A stretch of 64,000 nt of DNA, taken from NCBI GenBank assembly GCA_964252035.1, contig CAXUOO010000144.1; one strand, 5' to 3'. A model generated the notes under the pieces. That model did not search any database. It had not been told where the DNA came from and saw only the letters and a list, made by a program, of their open reading frames with translations. The position numbers and the translations under genes were made by a program. Source of the DNA: Podarcis erhardii. Lineage: Eukaryota. Positions 38,960 to 61,432 of the stretch are shown piece after piece. How positions within the stretch are numbered: position 1 is the first letter of the stretch; each line of letters starts with the position of its first letter.

Positions 38960-41900
38960 GTCATCATTAATCATATCATTTTTTCACACTGGCAGTGTGC
39001 ATATATTACTTCAACGCCAATGCGTGAGATTGACAAGACAACCTCCCAAGTGTGCACTGTTGGGCAGTACGTCGAGGTTTTCTCACGCTATCGTCGTGCA
39101 ATCCGCTCATCCAGATACACTGCTCTGGGGTGTTGCTTTTTGAAAAGTGAACCTGGGGAAATCGATACCTTTTCTTCACGACTAGCATCTAGAATGTGAT
39201 TTCCAAAATTCCTTTTGCCGTATTTCCTTCCGCGTAACGGCAATCGAGGCATCCAAGAACCGTCAATACAATGCCTGGTCTCCAGTTTACTCACCAGTTC
39301 TTGTCGGCTGCCGTCACTGGAATACAATAAAACCAAAGTTTTGTAACATACATACACGTGAATACCAGGGTTTACCTCGACAGCCATGCATAAGCTGCAC
39401 AGCGCCATCAACATTGCAAGTGATTCCATTTCAAACTTTGTATGATTGAGTGGGATTTACCGTGTGCTGAGGTTATTATGCCAGAACCGCACTGATAAAA
39501 GTCAAGCTTCCTTATTGCAACAGCATATGAAAGGCGTGAGAAACAATTCATAAACCGGATTGAGACGTGTAACAAACTTTTCTGACCGTAACCTTTCTCG
39601 AGGGCCACGAGTAATTGCTCCAGCTGGTCGGCGTCTTTGGGAAGCTCCGTTGCTCTCATTGCCCGTGCCTTGAAAACCGGTTTTATTCTGCGTGGTTTTG
39701 GCTTTTCTGGAGCGGGTCGAAAGAATTAAATGTACAGCACAGCCGAAGAATTTTTTTTGTAATAAATTTTCGTAATAATCTCTCGTTCTTTCATTCTAGA
39801 ACGGCTGACGCGGAGTCATCCACATAACATCATAGAAAAAAAAGCCACATGATCACTGCGAGGTCTGTCTCTTCGATTCTCACCTATCTCCTCGTCGATG
39901 ATTGCCAGCAGCTGTTGCACTTGTCTATTAAAAGAACTGACGCACAGGAACATCTCCTTTGGGGCCATAGTATTCGAGTATTTGTCGCACACGCTGGCAT
40001 ATACATCCTTTCTACGAGTCTCCTCTTCCTCACTTGTGCGCGCGCTCAAACAGTCGAGAACTGATAATTTCAAACGCATTGTTCGCAGAAACCAAGAACT
40101 CTGGGGGTTACCTAAGCCGCAGGCGTAAAACTGATAAGATGCAAATTATACGTTTGCCTCAAAGAGCGGCTAAAGCATGCCTTCATTGGCTACGATAGAC
40201 CGTATTAAAAATCTAGCGTGTAAATGTTTTGCTGCGACAGTGAATATATTCCGTATGATGGGGAAACTGGAGATGACGTATGCATTTGCGACGTCACAAC
40301 TGAAGTGCGCAACTGACGGCAATCCTTATCATTCTGCTGCCCTGTAAAGGGGTTTGGAGGTAAAGAGTCAACTGGAGCCGGCACGCAGCTGGCCAGGTAA
40401 GCTTCGCCGCCCTTGGACGAAGTTTCAAATGAGTAGTATCCCACGCTCAAGCCTAGCATGTCATTGATGAATTTACCGCTGCAGAAAAGTGCGGAGCATA
40501 TGCAGACAGCGTGAAACTTCGAGGTCCAGTCAGCCATCGAAAAAGCTTAAGAACAGCTTTCCAAATGCTGAATGACACAATACCTCAAATATGAGTGCGA
40601 CTTTATATATCACAGCAAAGAAAAGTAAGTCTTTCTTTTGGATTCGAAAGTGTAGCCATTTGAAGAAAACAGACTGCAATAGGAAAGTGGTTCGCGCTTT
40701 CAATACCAATTGTTGTCTTCGCTCGATTCGTAAAGTGATAGTGACCAGTTGACTAGAAAAATTCAGCGGTCAATCCGTGTTATATTTGTTATCGTATACA
40801 GAAAAACTCGTTAAATTCTCCGCTCCGCTGGTATCATACAAGACATATTGTATGAAGTGTGCAATGATTATCAAAGATTGAGCAGTACAGAACCAGAGTG
40901 TGATGTAATTTGTTATATGCGCACATGCTATGGTGCACTTGAAAGACCTTTGCCATACAGCCAATATATAACAGCTTCCCGACACCGCTGAACGAGAGCG
41001 GGCCGCTGATACCACTTAATCGACGCTAAGATGGTGCGTTTGCATCAGCCACAAAAACAGCACTGAGCAGAAATAAGTTGTTAACTACAGAAAAGGAAAC
41101 TGCAGGCTGATGGGAGAAACAACAGCTGTGTATAGTCGCCGGTTGCTTTTAGTAATGGGACGCATTCAAGTATCAGAACAACGTTGTCGTTTCGACAATT
41201 CAGACTTACTAAGGCAGCAAGTTGCCTATCTCGAAATCTTGATTCAGTTGCTCGCTAATCGTATTGTTCAGATCTGTGAAACTGCTACCCATGGCAGAAA
41301 TTACGGAGTCAATATGCAGTTCCGACTCCTGAAAGGAACGCACAACGCAGGGCACACACCAGCCTGCAATAGCATCAATGGCATTGTATTTGTCAGCGGC
41401 TAGCGTCCTAATACAGAAGGTTAATGTGTGCGTATGGGAAAATTTACATGGGCATCAATTAATTTTGAGGGTTTTGGCAATCTCTCAAAAATATGCGAAT
41501 CAGTTCGGAAAGTTGTCGGCATCTGTAGAATGTACGGCGCATAAACTCTATTCGTAAATACAGCTAGCAACTTCGTTCACTGCGTGTGTAGACGCTACAC
41601 AATGAAAAAGAAGCTCTCGAAGTAGATACTTCGGGTCGCGTACGGGAAATATCCGGCTTACTGATACCCAGTTAATCAACTATGCTAATATTTTCACGTT
41701 CGAAGTGGCGAATGGGGATTTCCCGCGTTCAAAAAAGACGGCCATATAGCAATCGACAGGATTCACGATCAAATTGAGGTAGAGCAGAGGCCTATATAAA
41801 GCCGCCGTACTACTACTTCACGTTCGACTGCTAACTTACGTCTCCTCCAAGCTGGTCAGGCGCATTCGCTCCTTCTTTGCTCATGAGAACCTCCATATTT

Positions 41901-43149
41901 GGCTACTGCATCCATATGGTCTTCATAAAAACATAGGAAAATCCATTTTAAACGCGCTTGGTCCAATACTCTGTCGCAAATACCTTGTTCTACACTTTCA
42001 TAGAGTTCAGCCATTACGGCATGCGCATAATGGCAGCACATGGGAACTCAGTTTGCCTTGAGAATATAAATAGGCTGTGTCTCGCAGCCGGGCTTGAGAG
42101 CGAGCATGCACGACCTCTCAAAATTCTCTGGCGTTGGCGCTCACCAGTGAAATTGGTACCGATCACTATCACTTTGCTGCTCTTCGTAATTGAACTATAT
42201 GCATTTAGCGAAACGATTGAATGGGAATGTAATAATCAACAGAGCGTTTTGGACGCACGCGCTGCTCTGCAGGTGATACGCGGTCATCGTCAGCAGGGCT
42301 GCTGCTACCGTCTTCTCCATCTTTGTCGAATTTTTTCTAGCTTTTTCCACGGGACCATGTTGTCATTTTTCAGTTTCAACGCTTTCTCTTTTCATTATGG
42401 CAGAGAGATACACTTGAGCCGGAGAATAGCCGTTCAGAAATGAGAGAATATAAACTGTTTTTGTTTCAATGCAGTCTTCTGCAGAAAATCATATTCGCTT
42501 GTCGGCCTAGTTTACGAAAAATATATACTCGGACTGCTTGTATTGAATAGAGCTGTATAGGCGTGCTGTACAAAATACGCATTGCTTTGAGCTGCTTTTC
42601 GCGCCGACACAACGCGCAGCGATACGCATGTGTTGGTTCTTTCTCCTTACATATCCTTGGGTTGTGTAAGACAAGTGCAGCAAACGAGACAAAATTTTCG
42701 CTTGCACACTTTCCTGCACCGTAATTAATACCGTCGAGAGGGAAACGCGTCGGCGACAAGCTGAGTCAGAAAGCGCTTGTGCATTGCCTTTCACGACACC
42801 AATTGTAGATATGGAGGTACGCTGATTTGTCCACATAACACAAAACCTATCAACAACCAGGCATGAATGTCGTTTATCTCTGCGGAGTTGGCCTGTATGC
42901 ATGAATTAGTGTAGTTTGATTCTGTGTTTTTATAAAGCTATTCCGGGTCACGACCTTGAAAGATGTCCTGTTTCTGCAATTCAGCCTCATTAGTTTACCC
43001 AAAATCTGCCTGTCCTACTTAGATGCCTCTGATAATTATACCGGCAGGTCCAATTTTGTGATGAGAAAACACTGTCGGGGCTTTGCAAGTGTACTCAGTT
43101 TGGCTGCAGAAAAGTGGTACATTGTGCATATGTTGATGTGAAATATGTG

Positions 43150-53084
<9,935 letters not shown>

Positions 53085-53279
53085 TATTGAGCTTCAGCAG
53101 CTCTTCCATATTTTTTGCTATCGGGTTGGATGCTACTTCTTGGCAGTGGATTGCGGTCATATATTATATTCTGAAACTGGTTACGAGCAGACTCATTTGC
53201 AAGGGATAGTCGCTATAAAAGCTTCTTGAAAGCTGAGAGGCTAGGGCTGATAAGGGTGGCAGGTGGCCGCACCTATGTT

Positions 53280-53413
53280 NNNNNNNNNNNNNNNNNNNNN
53301 NNNNNNNNNNNNNNNNNNNNNNNNNNNNNNNNNNNNNNNNNNNNNNNNNNNNNNNNNNNNNNNNNNNNNNNNNNNNNNNNNNNNNNNNNNNNNNNNNNNN
53401 NNNNNNNNNNNNN
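53280..53413. other. Assembly gap (N run)
   Basis: Run of n. Confidence 1.
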
Positions 53414-54706
53414 ATGCTTGCTCATGTGCTGGCAGCTAATATACATATGCAGCTACGCTCTTTCATCTAATAGCTACTGTTCACAAGTTGCTTGACCGGG
53501 TGCGGTTAACGCTCTTTTCAGCTTGCTCTGCCGTCAACATGCAAAACAAATAATTCACATATGCTGATTAGTCGTCAGCGGAGAGAGATTGTGTGACTAC
53601 GAAAAAATAGATTTTGTACAAACGCGGCCCCTGTGCCCTCTGACGTCGAAGATGAAGTCCGTGACTTCATGGGCTCGAGCATGTTCGTTAAACAAAGGAT
53701 GAATGTGATGGACATAAGCAAATTTTTGATATATAAAACTTCTAATGTCGTGTAGGGGTGGCGAGCACGAGTCTTCATGGTTTGACTGACCGGTCATCTC
53801 TCTCGTGAGTCTGTGTACTTTTCTATCACCGAGTTATCATGAGAGCTAAATTAACTCAAAATCGCCGTCCCAACTTAGTTGATGACTGTGATGGACACAT
53901 GTTTACATTTCATTCTCTTTGATAATTCTGTCCGATGTTTTTTCTACGAAAACGGAACCTTGCATCATGCCGCTTAGTATTGGCTTGCATGAGTTTGCCG
54001 CTAGTTGGGCATATTTCATTCCAAGGTGACCATGCGTATTTCAAGTGAAGACGTGTGTGCAGCTGCCTTGTTTGCTCACCGGTTCGACTCATAATGCTAT
54101 CTCTGTTGATATGCTATGGCCTGTATAAGAGCTTCAAAATATGATTGATATCTTCCATATATCTTCACGCTTTCGCGAGGACTGTGAAATACGTTTTCGA
54201 AGATGCGAAAACCAAAGCAAAATCTTGAGTAAGTATTTTTTAGTCCGGTGTGAGAAACTAGAAAAGCCTCACACTCCATTGGTGTACAAATTTACAGGAG
54301 GTTGAGCCTGTATGTGCATCAACCTGCCAGACGAAACGGTTGTCAGGCGGAGAGCGAGCTACTGTAAAGTCTTATATGAGTTATGAAATAGTTCAGCTCA
54401 CATAATTCACCTAGGATTGGAAGGTTGTTGTGCACGAATTGTACAGTACAAATGCTTAAACGTCTTTCCAGATCACGGCGCCGATTATGTTTCGACTAAC
54501 AGCCATGTGATCCGCAGTGCCGGTATATATTACTTCACCGCGTTGTGCTGATATGTATCACAAATCTCGAATCAATGATTTTATTTATCAGTTTGTGTTG
54601 CCAGATGTATTTCTGCATTTCGAACGTTAGCAGCGTGTGCTTCATGCCGGCACGTATATGTGTAGCATTATAACGATTTCTACCAAGATTATATTTGGAA
54701 AGTGCT

Positions 54707-56210
54707 CTACGGCTCCGCTGTAAGAGATATCACAAAGCTATCGAACATTGCGTGTCCCTTTTCAACCAGTAAACCCATGCTGCCTACACCTGAAGTGAGC
54801 AGTCGTCGGGATGTTGGTCATTCTGTAATCAAGCCTAATGCGCACAATTACCAGTGTAAGGCTCTTTGTGCGTTAGCAAAAGCTTATGGTTAAGAAATAC
54901 TTCGACAAGTTCTTCTCTTCCATGCTCATTCTACGGGGATGTCTCATTATAATTTTTTTTCGTTGTTGCACTCACACTTACCACTTTTAGTTGGTGACGC
55001 ATTTGTGGATGCAAATATGCAACGGATGCTTCCAGAATCACCGTCGAAACTCCGTCTTTAACATGCTTCAGCGAAACTGCCTATTGGTTTTTCCTTTAAT
55101 TTGAGAATTGTGTCAAACAGTATTGAGAACCATACTTTTTTTGTTTGATCAATCACAGCAGTGCTATAATTAGCAATGTTTTCCGCGCGAAATACTACGC
55201 CGGCCACACTGTCCTCCTCGATTCGAATATTTGCAGATATTGAAGCAGCGTTGCAAGCGTGATCCGACAAAAGAAGCGGCGTAGGCTCAGCAACTTCAAA
55301 TTTTGTAAAGCAGCATTTATACTTGATTTTTCCTGCTTATAACTGTTGGAATTCGCGCCCGTACCTGGTGCTGCATTTTTAGTTGTTAACCGCGTAATTT
55401 CAAACTCAGTCACTGCCGTCCATTTCGATGGTCCCTCCCAATCTGAGTTAATGAAAAGTCAAAGAATGCAAACTTGAAACGTCGTCGAGCGCACTGGGTA
55501 TAAAATAAAGCTAGAGTAGCATATTCAACCGTTCTACCCGTATTGTTTATCTCTTACCCATTAAAGACATTGCCGTATTTTCATAAGCACGGCATAAATG
55601 TATTATTTCTGGAGTTGCGAAATCTCCTGGAGCTAAACTATGCGCTTGATGATGATTGCCTTCTTCGTCTACGGCCAGTCCGCTGGCGACACCCTCAAAG
55701 GCTTTCAAAGGCGCCTTCTCGTCTGCTCGCCGGAAAATTTCATTCTTTACAAACAGGTTTTTTAAACTGGAGTACTTATTGGAAATTATTCTTGTGTCAC
55801 CTCTCGCGCATATAATCCTCTAAACTGTTCTTGCTGACGGTCGCTAGGCGGCACGTGCAGCTCGGAGTTGGGCTCAAAGTGTTCTGCCGCCTTTGCAGTG
55901 ACGTACTGGTAGTCTTTTGTCCAGTGGGGGATCGGCTCCACAGACTCGTCGTCGCGATTCTAGCGTGTTGACAGGTGTGCAGCGAAATTCTGTGTATTAC
56001 CGTCTAAACGCTAATCTTACTACAATTTCGTCAAATCGGAACGACGAGACTGTAGGGCGGCCAGATAGCTTTACTTCCGAAATCATTTGCAGTGTGGCTT
56101 TCAATAGCTGCATAAAAAATTCTGACCATCTCTGACTCGGCTTCCTGACTTTCGAAAAATATCAAATGAAGCCATATTGACGTAAAGAAGCTCGCAATCG
56201 AGAATATTCT
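54707..56210 (-). CDS. Hypothetical protein with a C-terminal ConA-like (levanase/DUF1080-type) lectin domain; 5' end unresolved
   Basis: Phase-consistent exons (about 55820)-55558, 55442-55365, 55332-55136, 55080-54982, 54930-54852 and 54789-54707. They give WEGPSKW..CNAASISANIRIEEDSVAGVVFRAENIANYSTAVIDQTKKAVSLKHVKDGVSTVILEASVAYLHPQMRHQLKVNEHGREELVEVFLNHKLLLTHKEPYTGVGSMGLLVEKGHAMFDSFVISLTAEP*. Confidence 0.65.
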
Positions 56211-57061
56211 GCATAAATTAGTGTCATAAAGTGTTAGCATAGTTGCGAGTGCTTTTTGCCTAAAAGTGCAGATGTATTCGACTATTATTATTGACACATT
56301 CCAGCGTTTGCGGTCGCTTCTAACTGAGAGATTATACCAATTTCGTCAGCGAAGGCCTCCAATAAGCGGTTTCAACGCAAAAGTTTACAATCTCAGTACG
56401 ACCATTTCCTGCACATTTGTGCTTCACTGTATATACAGTTTGAAACAAGATGCACAAAGGCCCACAAAGAGCTGTACGACTAAAGCTCTTCAGTGCCGAA
56501 GTTTCTGTCGTAATTTTCAAGTGTGCATGCTGCGATTCCAGCGCTTTTGAACCCCTTTTATGATCTGCTTGCTCTCTCGTCCGATTGAGTTGTATGTGAT
56601 GGTCAAACCAACACGACTCCAGCATTGAAACGTAAGTTTAGAAGAAGAGTCTTAGCTAACTACTGAATGTAAAAAAATCAAGTCGACATAGATATAAATC
56701 TATAAAAATCCTCGATTCCGAGCCCACAAAAAATTCAGAATCTTCCCGGGGTAAAGTCGACGTCTACGATTACAATGCTTCAGACACCGCATAACACCCA
56801 TAGCGCATATGTATTGCTGATATGAAAAGCGTCCTTAAGAAAAATGTCAACCTGGCATATCTGACCTTCAAAGGCCGTCAGTTCACTAATTTATGAACAA
56901 CTAGCTAGAAAATAGTAGATCCAACACCAATGATTTCGAAATCACACAAAAATGTGATGCCGCCTGCCGTCTCAAATCGACGACATGACACTGAAAGTCT
57001 GTGCATGGCTCTACTACGCTGACAAGGAAGTCGCAGCACTTAAATCCGACATAGTAATCTT

Positions 57062-60000
57062 TCACAACGTTTGTCCAACAACGCTGAACCACCTGGAGAC
57101 AAGCTGCTGCAGCCAATGACCTTCAATGGCAGTTACACATCGCAAATACGGCTTAGTAGTTTGAACGTACTCGCTGTACACGACATACCTGAAACAAATC
57201 AAACACACAAGACATGGCAAAAATACCGAAAAAAGACTTGCTCCTTTACGATCGCATATACACGCGGAGTTTTCCGCGAAAAGACATATACACAGATGCC
57301 GCAATTCACGGACTTACTGGGGAAGCGGTAATTTTCCAAAAACCCCGGAAGATGGATGAATCTTTGCAGTGAGACGATCTACCTGCGTTCATCCGCAATT
57401 ATAATACACGAGAAATTGATTACGGCACTGCAGGTTTTGTTGACACGCGTAGCCACTGTGCAGTCTCAAATAGCATACTGAAAATGAAAGCAGCCACAGG
57501 AGCAGCTCCTTACTGCAGTCATATAGGTAGATCCATCTCGCTGGAGTCGGGCACTACGGAGCCAGCAGCCAGCCGCCAGGCATTGCCTGATAGATGCCCA
57601 ATTGTTCTGCGAATCTCCTTTGTGCAAAAACTCCGTAACGTTGAGAATTAGCTTCATCAAATCTTCAAGCTGACTACGAATTAGCGCTGCCCGTTTGAGA
57701 GCATTATGATGTAAGCCATGTTCTTTGCAAAAACCGACTTTATCATGTGCCTGCGTATTCAACGTCAAACAGCAAAACGAAGGCCAGCACAGACAGCTGT
57801 CAATCAAGAATCGAGATATAAACACACACTCAACCGCGAAAAAATGTCGGCTAACCTCTTCCCACTTCATGTACGCATTCAATAGCGTGAGATGATCGCT
57901 CTGGTCATTAATGAGCTGCAGCCTCGCTTCGGAACGTTTGCGCTCATCCTTTCCTGAAATCACAAACAGGCATCAATATATATATAGATGATCTCGTTTT
58001 TTTTTCCACCCTTGGGTCACAGAATTCTTACTCCCCTAGCTTACATTTTTTTCACATTTCTCTCATAAGTATAAATGAATGTGCATACGACTACACGTCT
58101 AATCAAATAAGAAATCAACCGCGTTTTTTTGTCTAGCCACTTGGAGTCATATTTTGTTTTACTTTCCTCCTGAGCATAGATGAATGCTATACGACAACAC
58201 GTCTAGCACCCTCACCTTGTGGCCTTGTACAAGACCACAAAGAGTCCGTTGAAAGCATTGCGATGATAGTAAGGATTTCTGGTGTGCAAGAAAAATTGAT
58301 CGACTCCAGTAACAATTTTCCCATAATTGGCGCCAGCGGCAATGAGGCAAGTCTCCGGCTGAATATGCATGGTGTACACACGTACACATAATTAAACAAA
58401 CATAACTGTTCCACGCATGTAACAGATTCTCAATAATATATCTTTCCGAAACATATTCACTTGACAAAGATTGTTACCGGCAAATGCTAAAGCTGCTCAT
58501 TCGATATCACGTACCCTAATGCGGTGAGCTTTCCGCAAGAATCAAGCGCTTCAAGCCGGTGAAGCTCGCGGCCCGCGTTGAAAAGTGCCTCATTAGATGG
58601 AGGGTCGAGAAATGGAAATTCGGAAGGATCTTCAATTCCCAAAGCCTGAAGCGTCCAGTGTGAGTTAACGCGGTGCATACACCACAAACACGGGCGGGAG
58701 GGAAATTTATGACTTCAGTTCCTGGTAACACGCTGGCGCAAATAATATCAACTGCGCATAAAAGCTACTTTGATGATGGCTAACATTACTAACCGGTTGT
58801 AAGTCTCGCTGAACTAGTCTTGTTTATGAGAATATACGTCTCTCTTCCTCATTTACCTTCAATTCAAGGTAAACGCCTCCTAGATTGGCTCCAAGAATTT
58901 CTGGCACCCGTCGTGGCACAAAAGCGTTGAATGTATCCTCGGTGTACAACCTAAAAACCTTCCCTAAAAAATAATTGGAATAAATAAGGGAATATCTAGT
59001 TCTTCGCACTGCGTCGTAACAGCAGACTCACTACTATGGGAGGATGTGTGAGGCCAGAAGATAGATACAGAAAAGATAGTCATCGTCAAAAGCCGTCAGG
59101 TTGAATGACTGCGAGCGCTCTATGCTATCATCATATTTGATTGACGTTACAGATGTAAAACATAATTAGCTTGTCTTCTGCGGGGTATATCCAAATTTTT
59201 TTGTGTGATTCCTCCTCGACCGTTACTACAACACGGCTTGAGCGTTCATTCACGACCGTGCACTTCACATAACTGCACTGCATATTAGCAAATACATGAC
59301 TCTTTTACATAAGAGCGTGATTGAACAATCGTACGTATGGGCATGCACGCAACCCCTTCAGATTCGCATGCAACACGACAGATGTATGTATGCTCCTACG
59401 TCTTTGAATGTACGTGAGAGCATAACTTTCCGAGCTTACTGTCTCCCAGCTGTTAAGGTAGCGGATGCAAGATTCGGCAAAAAAGTCAGCTTACCGGGAG
59501 CTTCTCTGCCTGCCCTTCCAGCACGCTGAAGTGCAGCATCCTTCGAAATTTCTTCAACAACGAGGGCCTCAGCTCCCGTTCTGTGATTGACTTTTTTGTT
59601 TTTTTCCAAACCCGTATCTACTACATAACGTATGCCAGGAACGGTAATGGAAGTCTCTGCTATATTCGTAGCCAGAATGATCTACGTACATATCATCGCA
59701 AGAGTGAAAAAGGAAGTCGACAGCACACAAGCTCGGAAGACCGTACAATAACATGCATATCATTGAGATGAAGCGTTAACAGTCAACGCATACAGACAAG
59801 GCGGAAAACACCATTCCAATATTTTGAGTTTGGCTGGTATGAATTTTATATATTGATTTCTGCTTGCGTGCTGCTTTTTGCTCAAAGAAAACTTTTGATG
59901 TATATAGTCAAAAATAACGAACAATGTTTACGCTAAACGTCAACTCGTTAAGGCTACACGTCTACTGATGACAAATGTTCCCTATATATATATGTATATA

Positions 60001-61394
60001 TATATATATGGATATATGTGAATTTACACATTCGAGATAGTTACAAATTCCAAGCAAATACTTCGTAACAGTCACCCGAACGTGGCTCCTCCATCGTATG
60101 CGTTCCTTTGACGACTACGGCTCTCAGACCTTAAGGGATTCAGATCGACGTGAACGTACTCTAGATTGAGAATTTTCGTTTTTCGAAATGGAATATACTC
60201 TGCGTCCACGTGTATAGAAACACACTATGCATATAAACCCACCATATGTGTATGTGTGCGCAAAAACTTCGTATACTCACCTGCATCTGCGTCTAGCTAG
60301 TACAAATTAGGCCACCATAGTCAAAGAGAGCGAAACATACACATTGTAAAGCAGTTGCTTTAGCAGATATGTAGCACAGAGGAACTGCCAAAGTAGCTAA
60401 AAAACGATCCAGTTGTTGGGTGCTCGCGCCGCTTCCTGTATTCACGATTGATTTTTACAAAAATACTTATGGACACAGCGGATGTACGTGACAACGAATA
60501 CAAAGGGAAAAAATCTCCATGTGCCTATAGTACTTGTGAAAAGTTTGCGGCTTGGAAAACGAGGAATGAAAATGGAGACAAGCGAAAAAAAAAGTCACAG
60601 AGCACGAGAGAACCAGCAGCAAGACAATATGCGACGCCCGGCAGCTTCAGTATATATCTATTATCGTCGTGTAACTACGACAAATACTTTTAAGTCATAA
60701 ATGTATCTAAATTGATAAATACCTTTCGGATTCCTTTCGGCGGTGGCTCGAACACAAGTTTCTGCTGGTTGAAAGGCAGTGCCGCGAACAATGTACATAT
60801 TACAAATTCCACGGTTCGTGCATTTCGCATATACGTCTTGTCTCCAATTCGCAAACACAACTGCGCCGCTTGCATACATGACTCGTTTTTATCGTTACAC
60901 AACCCTCCAGTGGAACAACTGGGCTGCTGTCGTGCGGTTTCTGCGGATTGCGTGACAAAACTGGCAGCATCAGTAGCAACGGAAGTCAGCTGCTGCTTCG
61001 CTTTTTTCGCAAGCGCAAGTGCAGCAGCATTTCTTAACAGTTTTCTCTTTTCCTCCAACAATCCCTGTAAACCTTCTATATCATCTTGTCCAGGTAAAAA
61101 GATGAGAATATCTCCAGAAGGGAAAGTGGCGTGAATCTGCATCGCCGCTATGTAGGCTGCCTGTAGTTCGTTGTCACGGAGCATGTCACAAAAACAGAAA
61201 GAAGAGGCGGCTTGAAAAGAGAAGTAGAGCCGCGATTTGCTACAGCAAGAGCGTATAAGACTTATCGCATTGCTTACTTGACTAGAGAATTATGTGAAAA
61301 AGACATTCTTCGCATCCTTACCATTCACGAGTACGCAAGCCCTTGTGTTAGAAACTGCCACGTGTGCACAGCTAAATTTCTGCACGAATAACTA

Positions 61395-61432
<38 letters not shown>

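Noticed and set aside
54080-54279. AlkA-like motif (FEALIQAIAYQQ) and a GGTTCGACTC T-loop-like string
   Set aside because: A stop follows immediately, with no donor or HhH-GPD continuation; the flanks of the T-loop string do not pair.
60800-61080. About 70-aa insertion in the helicase RecA2 domain
   Set aside because: Low-complexity loop insertions are routine in apicomplexan proteins.
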